Origin: Quinella sp. 1Q5
Lineage (GTDB): Bacteria; Bacillota; Negativicutes; Selenomonadales; Selenomonadaceae
Length of the DNA: 62,332 bases
Reading direction: 5' to 3'
Assembly: GCA_014764605.1 (NCBI GenBank)
Contig: JACXWG010000001.1
Coordinates: forward strand, 1-62,332
Below, in pieces: positions 1-9,437 of the stretch (positions are counted from its first letter, which is position 1; every line of letters begins with the position of its first letter). The notes beneath the pieces are model-generated. The model saw only the letters and a list, made by a program, of their open reading frames with translations. It was not told the origin of the DNA and made no database searches. A program made the position numbers and the translations under genes.

Positions 1-89
1 GTTGGAAACGTTTTTGCCCGAAGAAAGAAGATTGCCTAGAGAAAATCCCCGTCAGTTTCGTCGAGGACAAGATTAAATCAATGGGATAA
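1..89 (+). CDS. 3' end of an upstream CDS (partial, product unknown)
   Basis: Frame 3 is open from the window edge to tandem TAA TAA at 87-92, directly before a hairpin terminator. It is too short to identify. Confidence 0.3.
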   Translation, partial: WKRFCPKKEDCLEKIPVSFVEDKIKSMG

Positions 90-90
90 T

Positions 91-128
91 AAAAATCCTC
101 CCGACCGCGAAGGTTGAGAGGATTTTTA
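91..128. terminator. Bidirectional intrinsic terminator
   Basis: AAAAATCCTC...GAGGATTTTT stem with an inner CGACC/GGTTG helix. An A-run and a T-run flank it. It lies between convergent genes. Confidence 0.6.
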
Positions 129-165
129 TTGCTTAGCCGTCCTTGTCCAAAATCTTTTAATCGCT

Positions 166-1404
166 TTAGTCTCGTTTGAAGAGGTCGCGTGTATAAACTT
201 TGTCTTTAACGTCGTCAAGCTCGCTGTCGTAGCGGTTGGCGATAATGCATTTGCTTAGGCGTTTGAACTCGGCGACATCATTGACGACACGGCTACCAAA
301 GAAGGTCGAGCCGTCGGGCAGGGAAGGTTCATAGACTATAACGGTTATGCTCTTTGCCTTAAGACGTTTCATGATGCCTTGGATTGACGATTGGCGGAAG
401 TTGTCGGAGCCGGTCTTCATAGCCAGCCGCCATACGCCAACGATAATTTCGTTCTCGCGTTCGACTTCAAAGGACTCGCCGTCAGCATACGTCCCAGATA
501 TTTCCAAGACACGCGAGGCGATAAAATCTTTGCGGGTGCGATTGCTGTTGACGATTGCCTCAATCAAGTTCTCAGGCACGTCTTGATAGTTGGCAAGCAA
601 CTGCTTAGTGTCTTTGGGCAAACAGTAGCCGCCATAACCGAAGGACGGATTGTTATACTGGTCGCCGATTCGCGGGTCATAGCAGACGCCCTTGATGATG
701 TTTTGCGTGTTTAGGTTCTTGAGTTCGGCGTAAGTGTCAAGCTCGTTGAAGTAAGCGACGCGCAAGGCAAGATAGGTATTTGCGAAGAGCTTAACCGCTT
801 CCGCCTCGGTGGTGCCCATTAAGAGCGTTGGGATGTCTTCCTTATCCGCGCCCGCTTGCAAAAGCTCAGCGAACTCCTTAGCCTTGGCAACTTGTTCGGC
901 GTCCTGCATGTCAAGCCCAACGATTATTCGCGAAGGATACAAGTTGTCATAAAGAGCTTTGGACTCGCGAAGGAATTCGGGACTGAACAAAATCCTTTTC
1001 GTGGAATACTTCTCGCGCATGGACTTAACGAAGCCGACAGGCACAGTGCTTTTGATAATCATGTAAGCCTTTGGGTTGCTTGCTAAGACTTGTTCGATGA
1101 CGGAGCAGACGATTGAGGTATCAAAGAAATTTCGCTTAGGCTCGTAATTGGTTGGCACGGCGATAATCACGAAGTCCGCGAAGGAATAAGCCGACTGAGC
1201 ATCAGTCGTTGCGGCGAGGTCGAGATCACGTTCAGCAAAGAATTTTTCTATGTAGTCGTCGCGGATTGGCGATTGACGATTGTTTACCATGTCAACTCTT
1301 TCTTTGGACACGTCGACGGCGAGCACATGATTTTTCTGCGCCAGCAACGTTGCCATTGAAAGCCCCACATAACCGAGCCCAGCAACTACTATTGTTTTTG
1401 TCAA
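166..1404 (-). CDS. ugd: UDP-glucose 6-dehydrogenase
   Basis: N-terminal Rossmann motif [11 protein letters not shown], about 412 aa, with typical UDP-Glc/GDP-Man dehydrogenase features throughout. TTG start lies 7 nt after AGGAG. The 577-aa track ORF is an upstream read-through antisense to obg. Confidence 0.9.
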   Translation of the reverse strand: MTKTIVVAGLGYVGLSMATLLAQKNHVLAVDVSKERVDMVNNRQSPIRDDYIEKFFAERDLDLAATTDAQSAYSFADFVIIAVPTNYEPKRNFFDTSIVCSVIEQVLASNPKAYMIIKSTVPVGFVKSMREKYSTKRILFSPEFLRESKALYDNLYPSRIIVGLDMQDAEQVAKAKEFAELLQAGADKEDIPTLLMGTTEAEAVKLFANTYLALRVAYFNELDTYAELKNLNTQNIIKGVCYDPRIGDQYNNPSFGYGGYCLPKDTKQLLANYQDVPENLIEAIVNSNRTRKDFIASRVLEISGTYADGESFEVERENEIIVGVWRLAMKTGSDNFRQSSIQGIMKRLKAKSITVIVYEPSLPDGSTFFGSRVVNDVAEFKRLSKCIIANRYDSELDDVKDKVYTRDLFKRD

Positions 1405-1470
1405 ATGAATCACTCCTAAACTATTTTGCTTAACGATAACAAAAAATCTTGACGATTGCAACGGGAAAGT

Positions 1471-1499
1471 TTGACACGCCCAAGCTTTTCGTTCATAAT
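1471..1499 (+). promoter_or_regulatory. Sigma-70-like promoter of obg
   Basis: TTGACA, 17-nt spacer, CATAAT, about 20 nt upstream of the obg RBS GGAGGAA. Confidence 0.5.
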
Positions 1500-1519
1500 C
1501 TTTATCGGAGGAATGAGCG

Positions 1520-2797
1520 ATGCAATTTATAGACAGGAGCAAAATAAGCGTGAGGGCAGGCGACGGCGGCAATGGCAAGTCTTCCTTCCGTCGTGAAAAG
1601 TTTGTGCCAAAGGGCGGACCCGACGGCGGCGACGGCGGCAAGGGCGGCGATATTGTCCTTGAGGTCGACGCGAACATCAACACGCTACTTAACTTTAAAT
1701 TCAATCGGAGGTTCACGGCAAGCAATGGTAGAGCCGGCGACGTTAAAAAGCAGTTCGGACGCGGCGCAGAAGATTGCGTTATCAAAGTTCCGCAAGGTAC
1801 ACTCGTTAAGGACGCGACGACTGGCGAAGTCCTTGCCGATTTGACGGAGCTTGGACAACGCGCAATCGTCGCTAGAGGCGGTCGCGGCGGCAGAGGCAAT
1901 GCAAAGTTTAAGTCATCGTCGAGGAGAGCACCGACCTTCGCGGAGTTCGGTGAGCCTGGAGAGAGTCGCGAACTTCTATTGGAGCTGAAACTTCTGGCGG
2001 ACGTCGGCTTAGTTGGTTATCCTAGCGTGGGCAAGTCGAGCTTGATAGCCGCTGTGAGTTCCGCACGACCAGAGATAGCAGACTATCACTTCACGACGCT
2101 TGTACCAGTGCTCGGCGTCGTCAGTCTCGGCTATGAAAAGTCTTTCGTCATGGCGGACATTCCCGGCTTGATTGAGGGCGCGGCTGACGGCGTCGGCTTA
2201 GGTCATGACTTCCTGCGGCACATCGAACGCACGAAACTTATCTTGCACATCGTGGACGCGGCGTCGGTGGACGGACGCAATCCCTTAGACGACTTCAGCA
2301 AGATTAACATTGAGCTTACTCGTTACAGCGAAAAACTTTCTAAGCGTCCTCAAATCCTCATCGCCAATAAGATTGACCTGCCGCAAGCCAAAGAAAACCT
2401 TCCGAGTCTTGAAGCACTCGCCGAGCGTGAAGGTTTGGACTTCTTTGCAATCTCAGCGGCGACACGTGAGAACCTCGACGAGCTGATAAACTTCGTCGGC
2501 AAGAGGCTTGAGGAGATTGTCCCGGAAGAAGAGCCCGTCGATGCCGTGAAAGTTTTCGACGTGGACAAAGAAGACGACCCCGTAATCATCGAACGCAACG
2601 ACGCGGCAGAGTTCATCGTCCGCAACAAGAACCTTGAGAAGATAGTCGCCATGACGAACTTTGACAACTCGGAGGGTCTGCGGCGTTTCCAATTTATCTG
2701 GCGCATGAAGAACCTCGACGCCTTACTTAAAGCCCGTGGCATCAAAGAGGGCATGACAGTGCATATCGGTGGTTTAGAGTTTGAATGGCACGAATAA
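1520..2797 (+). CDS. obg: GTPase Obg/CgtA
   Basis: Glycine-rich Obg fold at the N-terminus ([31 protein letters not shown]). G1 motif [10 protein letters not shown]3 motif [14 protein letters not shown]-terminal OCT-type domain. Confidence 0.95.
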   Translation: MQFIDRSKISVRAGDGGNGKSSFRREKFVPKGGPDGGDGGKGGDIVLEVDANINTLLNFKFNRRFTASNGRAGDVKKQFGRGAEDCVIKVPQGTLVKDATTGEVLADLTELGQRAIVARGGRGGRGNAKFKSSSRRAPTFAEFGEPGESRELLLELKLLADVGLVGYPSVGKSSLIAAVSSARPEIADYHFTTLVPVLGVVSLGYEKSFVMADIPGLIEGAADGVGLGHDFLRHIERTKLILHIVDAASVDGRNPLDDFSKINIELTRYSEKLSKRPQILIANKIDLPQAKENLPSLEALAEREGLDFFAISAATRENLDELINFVGKRLEEIVPEEEPVDAVKVFDVDKEDDPVIIERNDAAEFIVRNKNLEKIVAMTNFDNSEGLRRFQFIWRMKNLDALLKARGIKEGMTVHIGGLEFEWHE

Positions 2798-2818
2798 CCG
2801 AGCAACAACGTAATAAAA

Positions 2819-2876
2819 GGAGCCGTCATGGACGACGGCTCCCGCCGCGCTTTTACGTGATGTAAAAACCGCGGCG
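2819..2876. terminator. Two consecutive GC-rich hairpins after obg
   Basis: First hairpin is GGAGCCGTC/GACGGCTCC (2819-2842), with an A-run before it, so it reads as a T-run terminator on the minus strand. Second hairpin is about 13 bp, CGCCGCG-CTTTTAC/GTAAAA-CGCGGCG (2843-2876). There is no clean T-run on the plus strand. Confidence 0.5.
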
Positions 2877-2895
2877 AACACCAACTCAAAAATAT

Positions 2896-2981
2896 TTATG
2901 AGCGCGGTAAGGTACCCTTACGCCCCCGCGAGGCACCCTTTTCTTTTGCTATCTTTTCTTTTGGGTGAGCAAAAGAAAAGT
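2896..2981. repeat. Intergenic structured repeat, copy A
   Basis: TTATGA, then a GC hairpin, then CCCTTTTCTTTTG-CTA-T[CTTTTCTTTTG ggtgag CAAAAGAAAAG]T. It aligns with copy B at 26285-26398. The stem differs from copy B by a compensated extra T:A pair. Confidence 0.5.
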
Positions 2982-3050
2982 AGAACACAACTGCAGGAAT
3001 TTCAATCGGCACGTTGAAGTTGACAGGAAAATAGATTGGGAGTGAAAGAC

Positions 3051-3308
3051 ATGGACAAAGAACAACTCGCGCAAATGATAGCAGAGAAAATCGACGCGGC
3101 ACTTAAGGCTAGCGACCACCCGAAGAAGTTTTTTATCACGGCGAACGGACGCGGCGTCACGGACGGCGGCGACCTCTATAATGCAGTGCTTAAGGACGTG
3201 CTCGGCGTCGTGACAGTTGCCTTGACGGACATTTTCCAAACGTTAATGGCACCTGCACCCGCCGCGAAGCCTTCTGAAAAAATCACCAAGAACCAGGCAA
3301 AGAAATAA
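3051..3308 (+). CDS. Hypothetical small protein (85 aa)
   Basis: ATG lies 6 nt after GGGAGTG. Open frame with a terminator hairpin downstream. I recognise no motif. Confidence 0.55.
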   Translation: MDKEQLAQMIAEKIDAALKASDHPKKFFITANGRGVTDGGDLYNAVLKDVLGVVTVALTDIFQTLMAPAPAAKPSEKITKNQAKK

Positions 3309-3332
3309 TCGGCTCGAATTTGAAGACTTTGG

Positions 3333-3367
3333 GCGATTCCGTTCCGGGCGGAGTCGCTTTCCTTTTG
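3333..3367 (+). terminator. Intrinsic terminator just upstream of the lysC RBS
   Basis: 9-bp stem GCGATTCCG/CGGAGTCGC with a 7-nt loop, followed by TTTCCTTTT. Confidence 0.55.
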
Positions 3368-3400
3368 ATTATCTTGAGCTGTACGAAGGAGGATGGACGC

Positions 3401-4636
3401 ATGGCTCTGATTGTAAAGAAATTTGGCGGCTCTTCGGTTGCGACGACTGATAAAATTTTGGCGGTAGCGCAGAGAATCCTTTCCGAAAAGAAATCCGACG
3501 ATAAAATCGTCGTGGTGGTCTCGGCAATGGGCAAGACGACCGACGACTTGATAGCTTTGGCGGGCGGCATCGATACCCAACCTTACAAAGGAAATTATCT
3601 GCGGGAACTCGATATGCTCCTAACCACGGGCGAGCAAGTCTCGATTGCGTTGTTGGCTATGGCTTTTAAAAAGTTGGGGCAACCGGCGATTTCGTTGACG
3701 GGTGCGCAAGTGGGCATGAGGACAAATTCTGTTCACACCAAAGGCAGGATACTTGGAATCAAACCTAAGCGCGTGCATGACGAGCTTAACAAAGGTCAAG
3801 TCGTCGTAGTCGCTGGCTTTCAAGGTGCGGACAGGTTCGGCGACCCCGTGACATTGGGGCGCGGTGGCTCGGATACTTCTGCCGTGGCTTTGGCGGGCGC
3901 GTTGAAGGCTGACGAGTGCGAGATTTTCACTGACGTTGACGGCGTTTACTCGGCTGACCCACGCATTGTTAAGAACGCTCGCAAAATGAAAGAAATTACC
4001 TATGCCGAAATGTTGGAGATGGCTCGCCTCGGCGCGGGAGTTATGCAACCGCGTTCTGTTGAGATGGGGCAATTCTTCAACATGCCAATTCATGTTCGCT
4101 CGACCTTCACCAAGGAGGCGGGCACGATTATCAGGGAGGATTATACTTTGGAGGAAAAAGATTTTGAGATACGCGGCGTGGCTCATGATATGAAGGTTGC
4201 GAAGATTTCAGTTATCGGCGTGCCGAATAGTCCGGGCATTGCCCATACGCTTTTCCAGGCTCTCGCCGAGGCAAATATTTCTGTCGATATGATTGTTCAG
4301 AGCATACGCAACATCGACCGCAATATAAATGACATTGTCTTTACGATTAACCTTGACGACCTGCCCGAAGCAAAAAAGATTATCGGCGTGGCTAGCGAAA
4401 AAATTCATGCGGCGTCGGTTCTCGTCGAAGAGGACATGGCTAAGGTTTCAATCGTTGGGGCGGGCATGTTAGGCAGTCCGGGTTTTGCCGCTAGAATGTT
4501 TGGTGCACTCGCCCGCGCCGACGTGAACATTGACATTATCAGCACATCGGAGATTAGCGTTTCATGCCTCGTCAAAGGTTCGCAGGTGACCGAGGCAGTC
4601 AACAGCATTCATGATGAGTTCTTCCCAGACAGGTGA
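3401..4636 (+). CDS. lysC: Aspartate kinase
   Basis: MALIVKKFGGSSV...VVVSAMGKTTD kinase signature and two C-terminal ACT-like regions. ATG follows GAAGGAGGA. The upstream 27 codons of the track ORF are rejected. Confidence 0.93.
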   Translation: MALIVKKFGGSSVATTDKILAVAQRILSEKKSDDKIVVVVSAMGKTTDDLIALAGGIDTQPYKGNYLRELDMLLTTGEQVSIALLAMAFKKLGQPAISLTGAQVGMRTNSVHTKGRILGIKPKRVHDELNKGQVVVVAGFQGADRFGDPVTLGRGGSDTSAVALAGALKADECEIFTDVDGVYSADPRIVKNARKMKEITYAEMLEMARLGAGVMQPRSVEMGQFFNMPIHVRSTFTKEAGTIIREDYTLEEKDFEIRGVAHDMKVAKISVIGVPNSPGIAHTLFQALAEANISVDMIVQSIRNIDRNINDIVFTINLDDLPEAKKIIGVASEKIHAASVLVEEDMAKVSIVGAGMLGSPGFAARMFGALARADVNIDIISTSEISVSCLVKGSQVTEAVNSIHDEFFPDR

Positions 4637-4642
4637 GCCGCC

Positions 4643-5527
4643 ATGAAGATTTACGACTGCTTTACGTTCTTCAATGAGCTGGAGATTTTGGAACTTAGGT
4701 TGGCTAGCCTTTTTGATGTCGTCGATAGGTTCGTTATCGTCGAGGCGGATAAGACGCACGCCAACGTTCCCAAGCCGTTCAACTTCTACGAACACATTCA
4801 CGACTACGAGCCTTACTTGTCGAAGATTAGCTATCTCATGGATACTTCGGTCGTTGATTATAAGGGCGTGGGCGATTGGGCGATTGAAAACAATCAGCGC
4901 AATAACATTGCAAAAGGCTTGCCTGACGCCGAACCGGACGATTTGATTATGATTAGCGACGTGGATGAGATTCCCGACCCTGCGATAATCCAGACGATTC
5001 GCGAGAGCTTCGCCGACGAGAACAAACGAATTGACTTGGTTGCCTTCTATGACCCTACGCCTTACACACGCGGCACGCTGATTCCGTTTCATTGCGGAAT
5101 TCCTATCGCGAAGTTCTTGGACTTAAGCCCGATAAGTTTTCATCTGCAATCGTACCTTTACTACTTTGACTGGCGGTCGGATTTGCCATGTGAGGGAACG
5201 AGCCTTTGCAAGTTTAAGCATTTGGATTCGCCGCAAGCCCTGCGCGATGCCCGCAAAGGTTTGCCCCGTGTCATAAACGGCGGTTGGCATTTCTCCTATA
5301 TGGGCGGCATCAAGAGGATTACGGAAAAGATGCAAGCGGCAGTCGAGGACGTGGAACTTTTCCACGAGAACAAGAAATATCTAGATAAAGCCTTCGTGGA
5401 AGCGGCAATGGCTAGCGGAAAATATTTCCATACGCCCGCAAAATTCGAGTCCTGCGACGTGAATGAAATCAAGTTGCCTATGCTAAAAGACTTTCTAAAG
5501 AAATATCCGCACTTCGTCAGAGGCTAA
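4643..5527 (+). CDS. Glycosyltransferase family 17-like protein
   Basis: N-terminus MKIYDCFTFFNELEILELRL...RFVIVEADKTH matches the GT17 (GnT-III-like) bacterial pattern as I recall it. Starts 7 nt after the lysC stop. Confidence 0.7.
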   Translation: MKIYDCFTFFNELEILELRLASLFDVVDRFVIVEADKTHANVPKPFNFYEHIHDYEPYLSKISYLMDTSVVDYKGVGDWAIENNQRNNIAKGLPDAEPDDLIMISDVDEIPDPAIIQTIRESFADENKRIDLVAFYDPTPYTRGTLIPFHCGIPIAKFLDLSPISFHLQSYLYYFDWRSDLPCEGTSLCKFKHLDSPQALRDARKGLPRVINGGWHFSYMGGIKRITEKMQAAVEDVELFHENKKYLDKAFVEAAMASGKYFHTPAKFESCDVNEIKLPMLKDFLKKYPHFVRG

Positions 5528-5532
5528 GACAA

Positions 5533-5565
5533 AGCATCGGGGATAAAAGCTCCGGTGCTTTTCTT
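5533..5565 (+). terminator. Intrinsic terminator
   Basis: 10-bp stem AGCATCGGGG/CTCCGGTGCT (with wobbles), 7-nt loop, T-rich tail. Confidence 0.6.
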
Positions 5566-5566
5566 G

Positions 5567-5595
5567 TTGCGTAATTTGACATGCGCCGCTACAAT
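5567..5595 (+). promoter_or_regulatory. Sigma-70-like promoter of sufS-sufU
   Basis: TTGCGT, 17 nt, TACAAT. The predicted transcription start falls downstream of the ATG at 5581, which favours the TTG start at 5626. Confidence 0.45.
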
Positions 5596-5625
5596 GTAGA
5601 AAAAAATTATCGGAGGCTTAATGCT

Positions 5626-6846
5626 TTGAACAAAAACTTTTTGAACGACTTCCCGATATTGCGCAGGCAGATGAATGGACAGCAACTAGCATATTTGGAC
5701 AACAGCGCGACGACTCAAAAGCCTGAAAGCGTCGTGCGTTCGATTTGCGGCTACTATGGCGGTTGCAATGCCAATCCTCATCGCGGCGTTTACGAACTGA
5801 GCGTTAAGGCTACAAAGGTTTACGAGGACGCCCGCTGCAAGGTCGCCGATTTCCTAAACGTCAAGTCGACGCAGGAAATTATCTTCACGAAGAACGCAAC
5901 CGAGTCGCTTAACCTAATTGCATACAGCTACGGCTTAAACAATCTGCACGGCGGCGACGAAATCTTAATCACGATAGCCGAACACCATTCCAACCTTGTG
6001 CCGTGGCAGAGGGTATCTAAGGCGACTGGCGCGACGCTCAATTACATTTACTTGACAGCGGACGGGAACTTATCGGCGGAAGATATTGACAAGAAACTCA
6101 CGCGGCGCACGAAAATTTTAGCCGTCACACAAACTTCAAACGTCCTAGGCATTGTCAACGACGTTAAGTCATTGGCGGCTAAAGCTCACGAAGTCGGGGC
6201 AGTCATCGTGGTTGACGGGTCGCAATCGGTGCCGCATATCCCCGTTGACGTGCAAGACATTGACGCGGACTTTTTAGCGTTCTCTGGACATAAGATGTTG
6301 TCGCCAATGGGTATCGGCGTCCTCTACGGCAAGAAGGAAATCTTAGACGCAATGTCCCCGTTCCTCAGCGGCGGCGATATGATTGAATACGTCGAAGAGC
6401 AAACGACGACTTATGCAGAGCTTCCGCAGAAATTCGAGGCGGGCACACAGAATGTCGGAGGGGCGGCAGGATTGTCGGCGGCGATTAATTACCTGCAAGG
6501 CGTCGGTTTCGAGACGATTGAACGCATTGAGCACGAGCTGACGACTTACGCGATTGACGAGCTTAAGCGGTTGCCCTATGTGGAGCTGTACGGTTGCGAG
6601 GCGGCTAACAAGATTGGTATCGTGTCGTTCAATGTCAAGGACGTGCACCCGCATGACGTGGCGACGATTCTTGACGCGGCGGGCGTGGCGATTCGTGCCG
6701 GTCATCATTGCGCACAGCCGCTGATAAAGTACCTTGGGCAAAACGCGACTTGCCGGGCGAGCTTTTACTTTTACAACACGCGCCGAGACGTTGAACGATT
6801 AATCGAGGCAATTCAAACAGTCAGGGGGACGATGCACCTTGCTTGA
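5626..6846 (+). CDS. sufS: Cysteine desulfurase, SufS-type
   Basis: FPIL...YLDNSATTQKP N-terminus, PLP-lysine context SGHKM, catalytic RAGHHCAQPL. TTG start lies 9 nt after GGAGG. The alternative ATG at 5581 is less likely. Confidence 0.9.
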   Translation: MNKNFLNDFPILRRQMNGQQLAYLDNSATTQKPESVVRSICGYYGGCNANPHRGVYELSVKATKVYEDARCKVADFLNVKSTQEIIFTKNATESLNLIAYSYGLNNLHGGDEILITIAEHHSNLVPWQRVSKATGATLNYIYLTADGNLSAEDIDKKLTRRTKILAVTQTSNVLGIVNDVKSLAAKAHEVGAVIVVDGSQSVPHIPVDVQDIDADFLAFSGHKMLSPMGIGVLYGKKEILDAMSPFLSGGDMIEYVEEQTTTYAELPQKFEAGTQNVGGAAGLSAAINYLQGVGFETIERIEHELTTYAIDELKRLPYVELYGCEAANKIGIVSFNVKDVHPHDVATILDAAGVAIRAGHHCAQPLIKYLGQNATCRASFYFYNTRRDVERLIEAIQTVRGTMHLA

Positions 6847-7282
6847 GGACATTTACACGGAACTGATTGCCGAACACAGCCAAGCCAAAGACAATCGGCG
6901 GCACCTCGAACACGCCACGATAACCGAACGCGGGCACAATCCCAGTTGCGGCGACGAGATAACCCTTGAGCTTGAAGTTGCGGACGGCGTGATTAAAGAT
7001 GCGGCGTTCAGCGGGGCGGGCTGTGCAATCTCCAGGGCGTCAACGGACATGATGATTGAGCTTATGCGCGGCAAGACCATCGACGAGGCGCGGCGGCTTG
7101 CTGAACTTTTTATCGGCATGATTAAAGGCGAAGTCACCGACGACACCGAGCTTGAGGAGCTTGACGAGGCGGCGGCTCTCAAAAATATCTCGACAATGCC
7201 CGCCCGCGTCAAGTGCGCAACTTTGGCTTGGCACACGCTTGATACTGCCGTTAAGACTTTGGACGGTGGCAATCATGCTTGA
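6839..7282 (+). CDS. sufU: Fe-S cluster scaffold / sulfur acceptor SufU (IscU-like)
   Basis: [18 protein letters not shown] and KCATLAW cysteine motifs. Overlaps the sufS stop (TTG start). Confidence 0.9.
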   Translation: MLEDIYTELIAEHSQAKDNRRHLEHATITERGHNPSCGDEITLELEVADGVIKDAAFSGAGCAISRASTDMMIELMRGKTIDEARRLAELFIGMIKGEVTDDTELEELDEAAALKNISTMPARVKCATLAWHTLDTAVKTLDGGNHA

Positions 7283-8336
7283 CAAACTCCAGAAGGTCGA
7301 AGAACATTTCGCGGAGGTCGAAGCGCGTTTAAGTGACCCGTCAGTAATCGCGAACGTGGAAAAGTTCACGGCACTAACCCGCGAACATGCCGCCCTTGAA
7401 CCGATTGTGAAGACCTTCCGCGAATACAAACGAATCATCGCGCAAATTGACGAGGACAAAGCCTTGCTTGAGACTGCCGACGACGAAGACTTGCGGACAT
7501 TGGCGGCGGAAGAACTCGACGAGCTTAAGAAGTCAAAGGCGGCACTCGACGCGCAGTTGCCGATAATGCTCCTGCCCAAAGACCCCAACGACGATAAGAA
7601 CGTTATCATGGAGATACGCGGCGGCGTCGGCGGCGAGGAGGCAGCACTCTTTGCGGGCGAACTGTTCAGGATGTACACGCGCTACGCCGAGCGGCAAGGT
7701 TGGCACGTCGATATTGTTTACGCGAACCCAACGACAATCGGCGGCTTCAAAGAGATTTCATTCACGGTCGAGGGCGCGGGCGCGTTCAGCAAGCTAAAGT
7801 ACGAGAGCGGCACCCATCGAGTTCAACGCGTCCCCGTCACAGAGAGCGGCGGCAGGATTCATACAAGCGCAGTTACCGTGGCAGTCATGCCCGAAGCCGA
7901 GGAAGTCGACGTTGAGATTAACCCAGCTGACCTTCGGATTGATACTTACTGTGCGAGCGGGGCGGGCGGGCAATACGTCAACCGAACCGAGACGGCGATT
8001 AGGATAACGCACATTCCAACCGGTATCGTCGTTCAATGCCAGGACGAGAAATCACAGCTCAAGAACAAGGAAAAGGCGATGCGTGTCCTGCGTGCCCGCG
8101 TGAATGATTTGGCAGTTCGTGAGCAGGCGGCGAGCATTGCGGCGGACAGGAAGAATCAAGTTGGCTCCGGCGACCGTAGCGAGAAAATCCGCACATACAA
8201 CTTTCCTCAAGGACGCGTGACTGACCACCGAATCAAGCTGACGCTTTATAAGCTAGAAGAAATCTTGAACGGCGACTTAGACGACTTCATCAACGCATTG
8301 ATAACCGCCGACCAAGCAAAGAGATTAGCATCATGA
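7275..8336 (+). CDS. prfA: Peptide chain release factor 1
   Basis: PVT tripeptide (RVPVTES) and GGQ (SGAGGQYVN). MLDKLQ... is a typical RF1 N-terminus. The upstream 41 codons of the track ORF overlap sufU and are rejected. Confidence 0.95.
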   Translation: MLDKLQKVEEHFAEVEARLSDPSVIANVEKFTALTREHAALEPIVKTFREYKRIIAQIDEDKALLETADDEDLRTLAAEELDELKKSKAALDAQLPIMLLPKDPNDDKNVIMEIRGGVGGEEAALFAGELFRMYTRYAERQGWHVDIVYANPTTIGGFKEISFTVEGAGAFSKLKYESGTHRVQRVPVTESGGRIHTSAVTVAVMPEAEEVDVEINPADLRIDTYCASGAGGQYVNRTETAIRITHIPTGIVVQCQDEKSQLKNKEKAMRVLRARVNDLAVREQAASIAADRKNQVGSGDRSEKIRTYNFPQGRVTDHRIKLTLYKLEEILNGDLDDFINALITADQAKRLAS

Positions 8337-9424
8337 TTTATATCCACGTGCCCTTCTGCGAACGTAAATGCAACTACTGCGCGTTCAATTCCAAAGTCAG
8401 CGACGCGGCGGAGAGGCAAACTTACGTTGACGCCTTGATTAGGGAAATAAATCTGCGTGCTGATGATTCGTTGGTCGAGACGATTTACTTTGGCGGAGGC
8501 ACGCCCACGACGCTTGAACTTGCCGAGCTTGAGAAAATTCTTTGTGCAGTTCGGAAGGAGTTTAACGTTGACGAGCGGGCGGAGCTTACGATTGAGGCGA
8601 ACCCAGGCACCGTTGACGGAAATTATCTACGCGGGCTGAAGTCATTGGGCTTTAATCGTCTAAGCTTAGGCGTGCAGAGTTTCGACGACGGATTATTAAA
8701 GACTTTGGGAAGGATTCACGATTCGCGGGCGGCGATTGAAACTGTCGAGCACGCGAAGATTTTTTTTGGCAATGTCAGCGTCGATTTGATGTATGGCTTG
8801 CCCAATCAGACGTTGAATCACCTACGCCGCGACCTTGAACGCGTTAAAACTTTGGACGTTCAGCACGTTTCGATTTACGGCTTGGAAGTCGAAGAGGGCA
8901 CGAAATTTTTTGAGCTTAAGAATCAACTGCCCTTGCCCGATGAGGATACTTGCGCCGACATGTACGACTTGATAACGCAGACATTGCCGAGGCTAGGTTA
9001 TCGACGCTACGAGGTAAGCAACTTTGCTAAGGAAGGTTTTGAGAGTCGCCACAACGTCGGCTACTGGACGGGCAAAAAATATTTCGGCTTTGGGGCGGGG
9101 GCGCACAGTTTAGACGGGGCTTTGAGAACTTCAAACGTTCGCGACGTGGCGGCTTACATTAAAGGCGGCGTTCCAATCGTTGAAGAGGTCGTCACACGTC
9201 AGGCGGCAATGGAGGAGTTTTGTTTCCTAGGCTTGCGAATGACCGAAGGCATTTCCGCTAAAACCTTCCGTAAAAAGTTCGGCGTGAATATCTCGGCGGT
9301 GTTCGGCGCAGTCATTGCTAAGAATCGACGACGCGGCTTGCTTGAGGTCGACGGCGACAGAATTTATCTGACGACACGCGGCATGGCTCTTGGCAATGAA
9401 GTCTTCGCGGATTTTTTGTTGTAA
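8333..9424 (+). CDS. hemW: Radical SAM heme chaperone HemW (HemN-like)
   Basis: [16 protein letters not shown] contains the CxxxCxxC radical SAM motif. About 363 aa. ATGA overlap with prfA. Confidence 0.9.
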   Translation: MIYIHVPFCERKCNYCAFNSKVSDAAERQTYVDALIREINLRADDSLVETIYFGGGTPTTLELAELEKILCAVRKEFNVDERAELTIEANPGTVDGNYLRGLKSLGFNRLSLGVQSFDDGLLKTLGRIHDSRAAIETVEHAKIFFGNVSVDLMYGLPNQTLNHLRRDLERVKTLDVQHVSIYGLEVEEGTKFFELKNQLPLPDEDTCADMYDLITQTLPRLGYRRYEVSNFAKEGFESRHNVGYWTGKKYFGFGAGAHSLDGALRTSNVRDVAAYIKGGVPIVEEVVTRQAAMEEFCFLGLRMTEGISAKTFRKKFGVNISAVFGAVIAKNRRRGLLEVDGDRIYLTTRGMALGNEVFADFLL

Positions 9425-9437
9425 GGAGGTAATCAAG

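Noticed and set aside
1405-1899. N-terminal 165-codon extension of the ugd ORF (track ORF 166..1899, 577 aa).
   Set aside because: The extension is Pro/Ser/Leu-rich, lies antisense to obg, and precedes a good RBS plus TTG start at 1404 that yields a normal-length UDP-glucose dehydrogenase.
3309-3400. Lysine (L-box) riboswitch upstream of lysC.
   Set aside because: The spacer is about 92 nt, and I could not find the conserved L-box elements. Only a plain terminator hairpin is visible.
5581-5625. ATG at 5581 as the sufS start.
   Set aside because: The predicted -10 box (5590-5595) lies downstream of it. TTG 5626 has a GGAGG RBS and gives the usual SufS N-terminus (..FPIL..).
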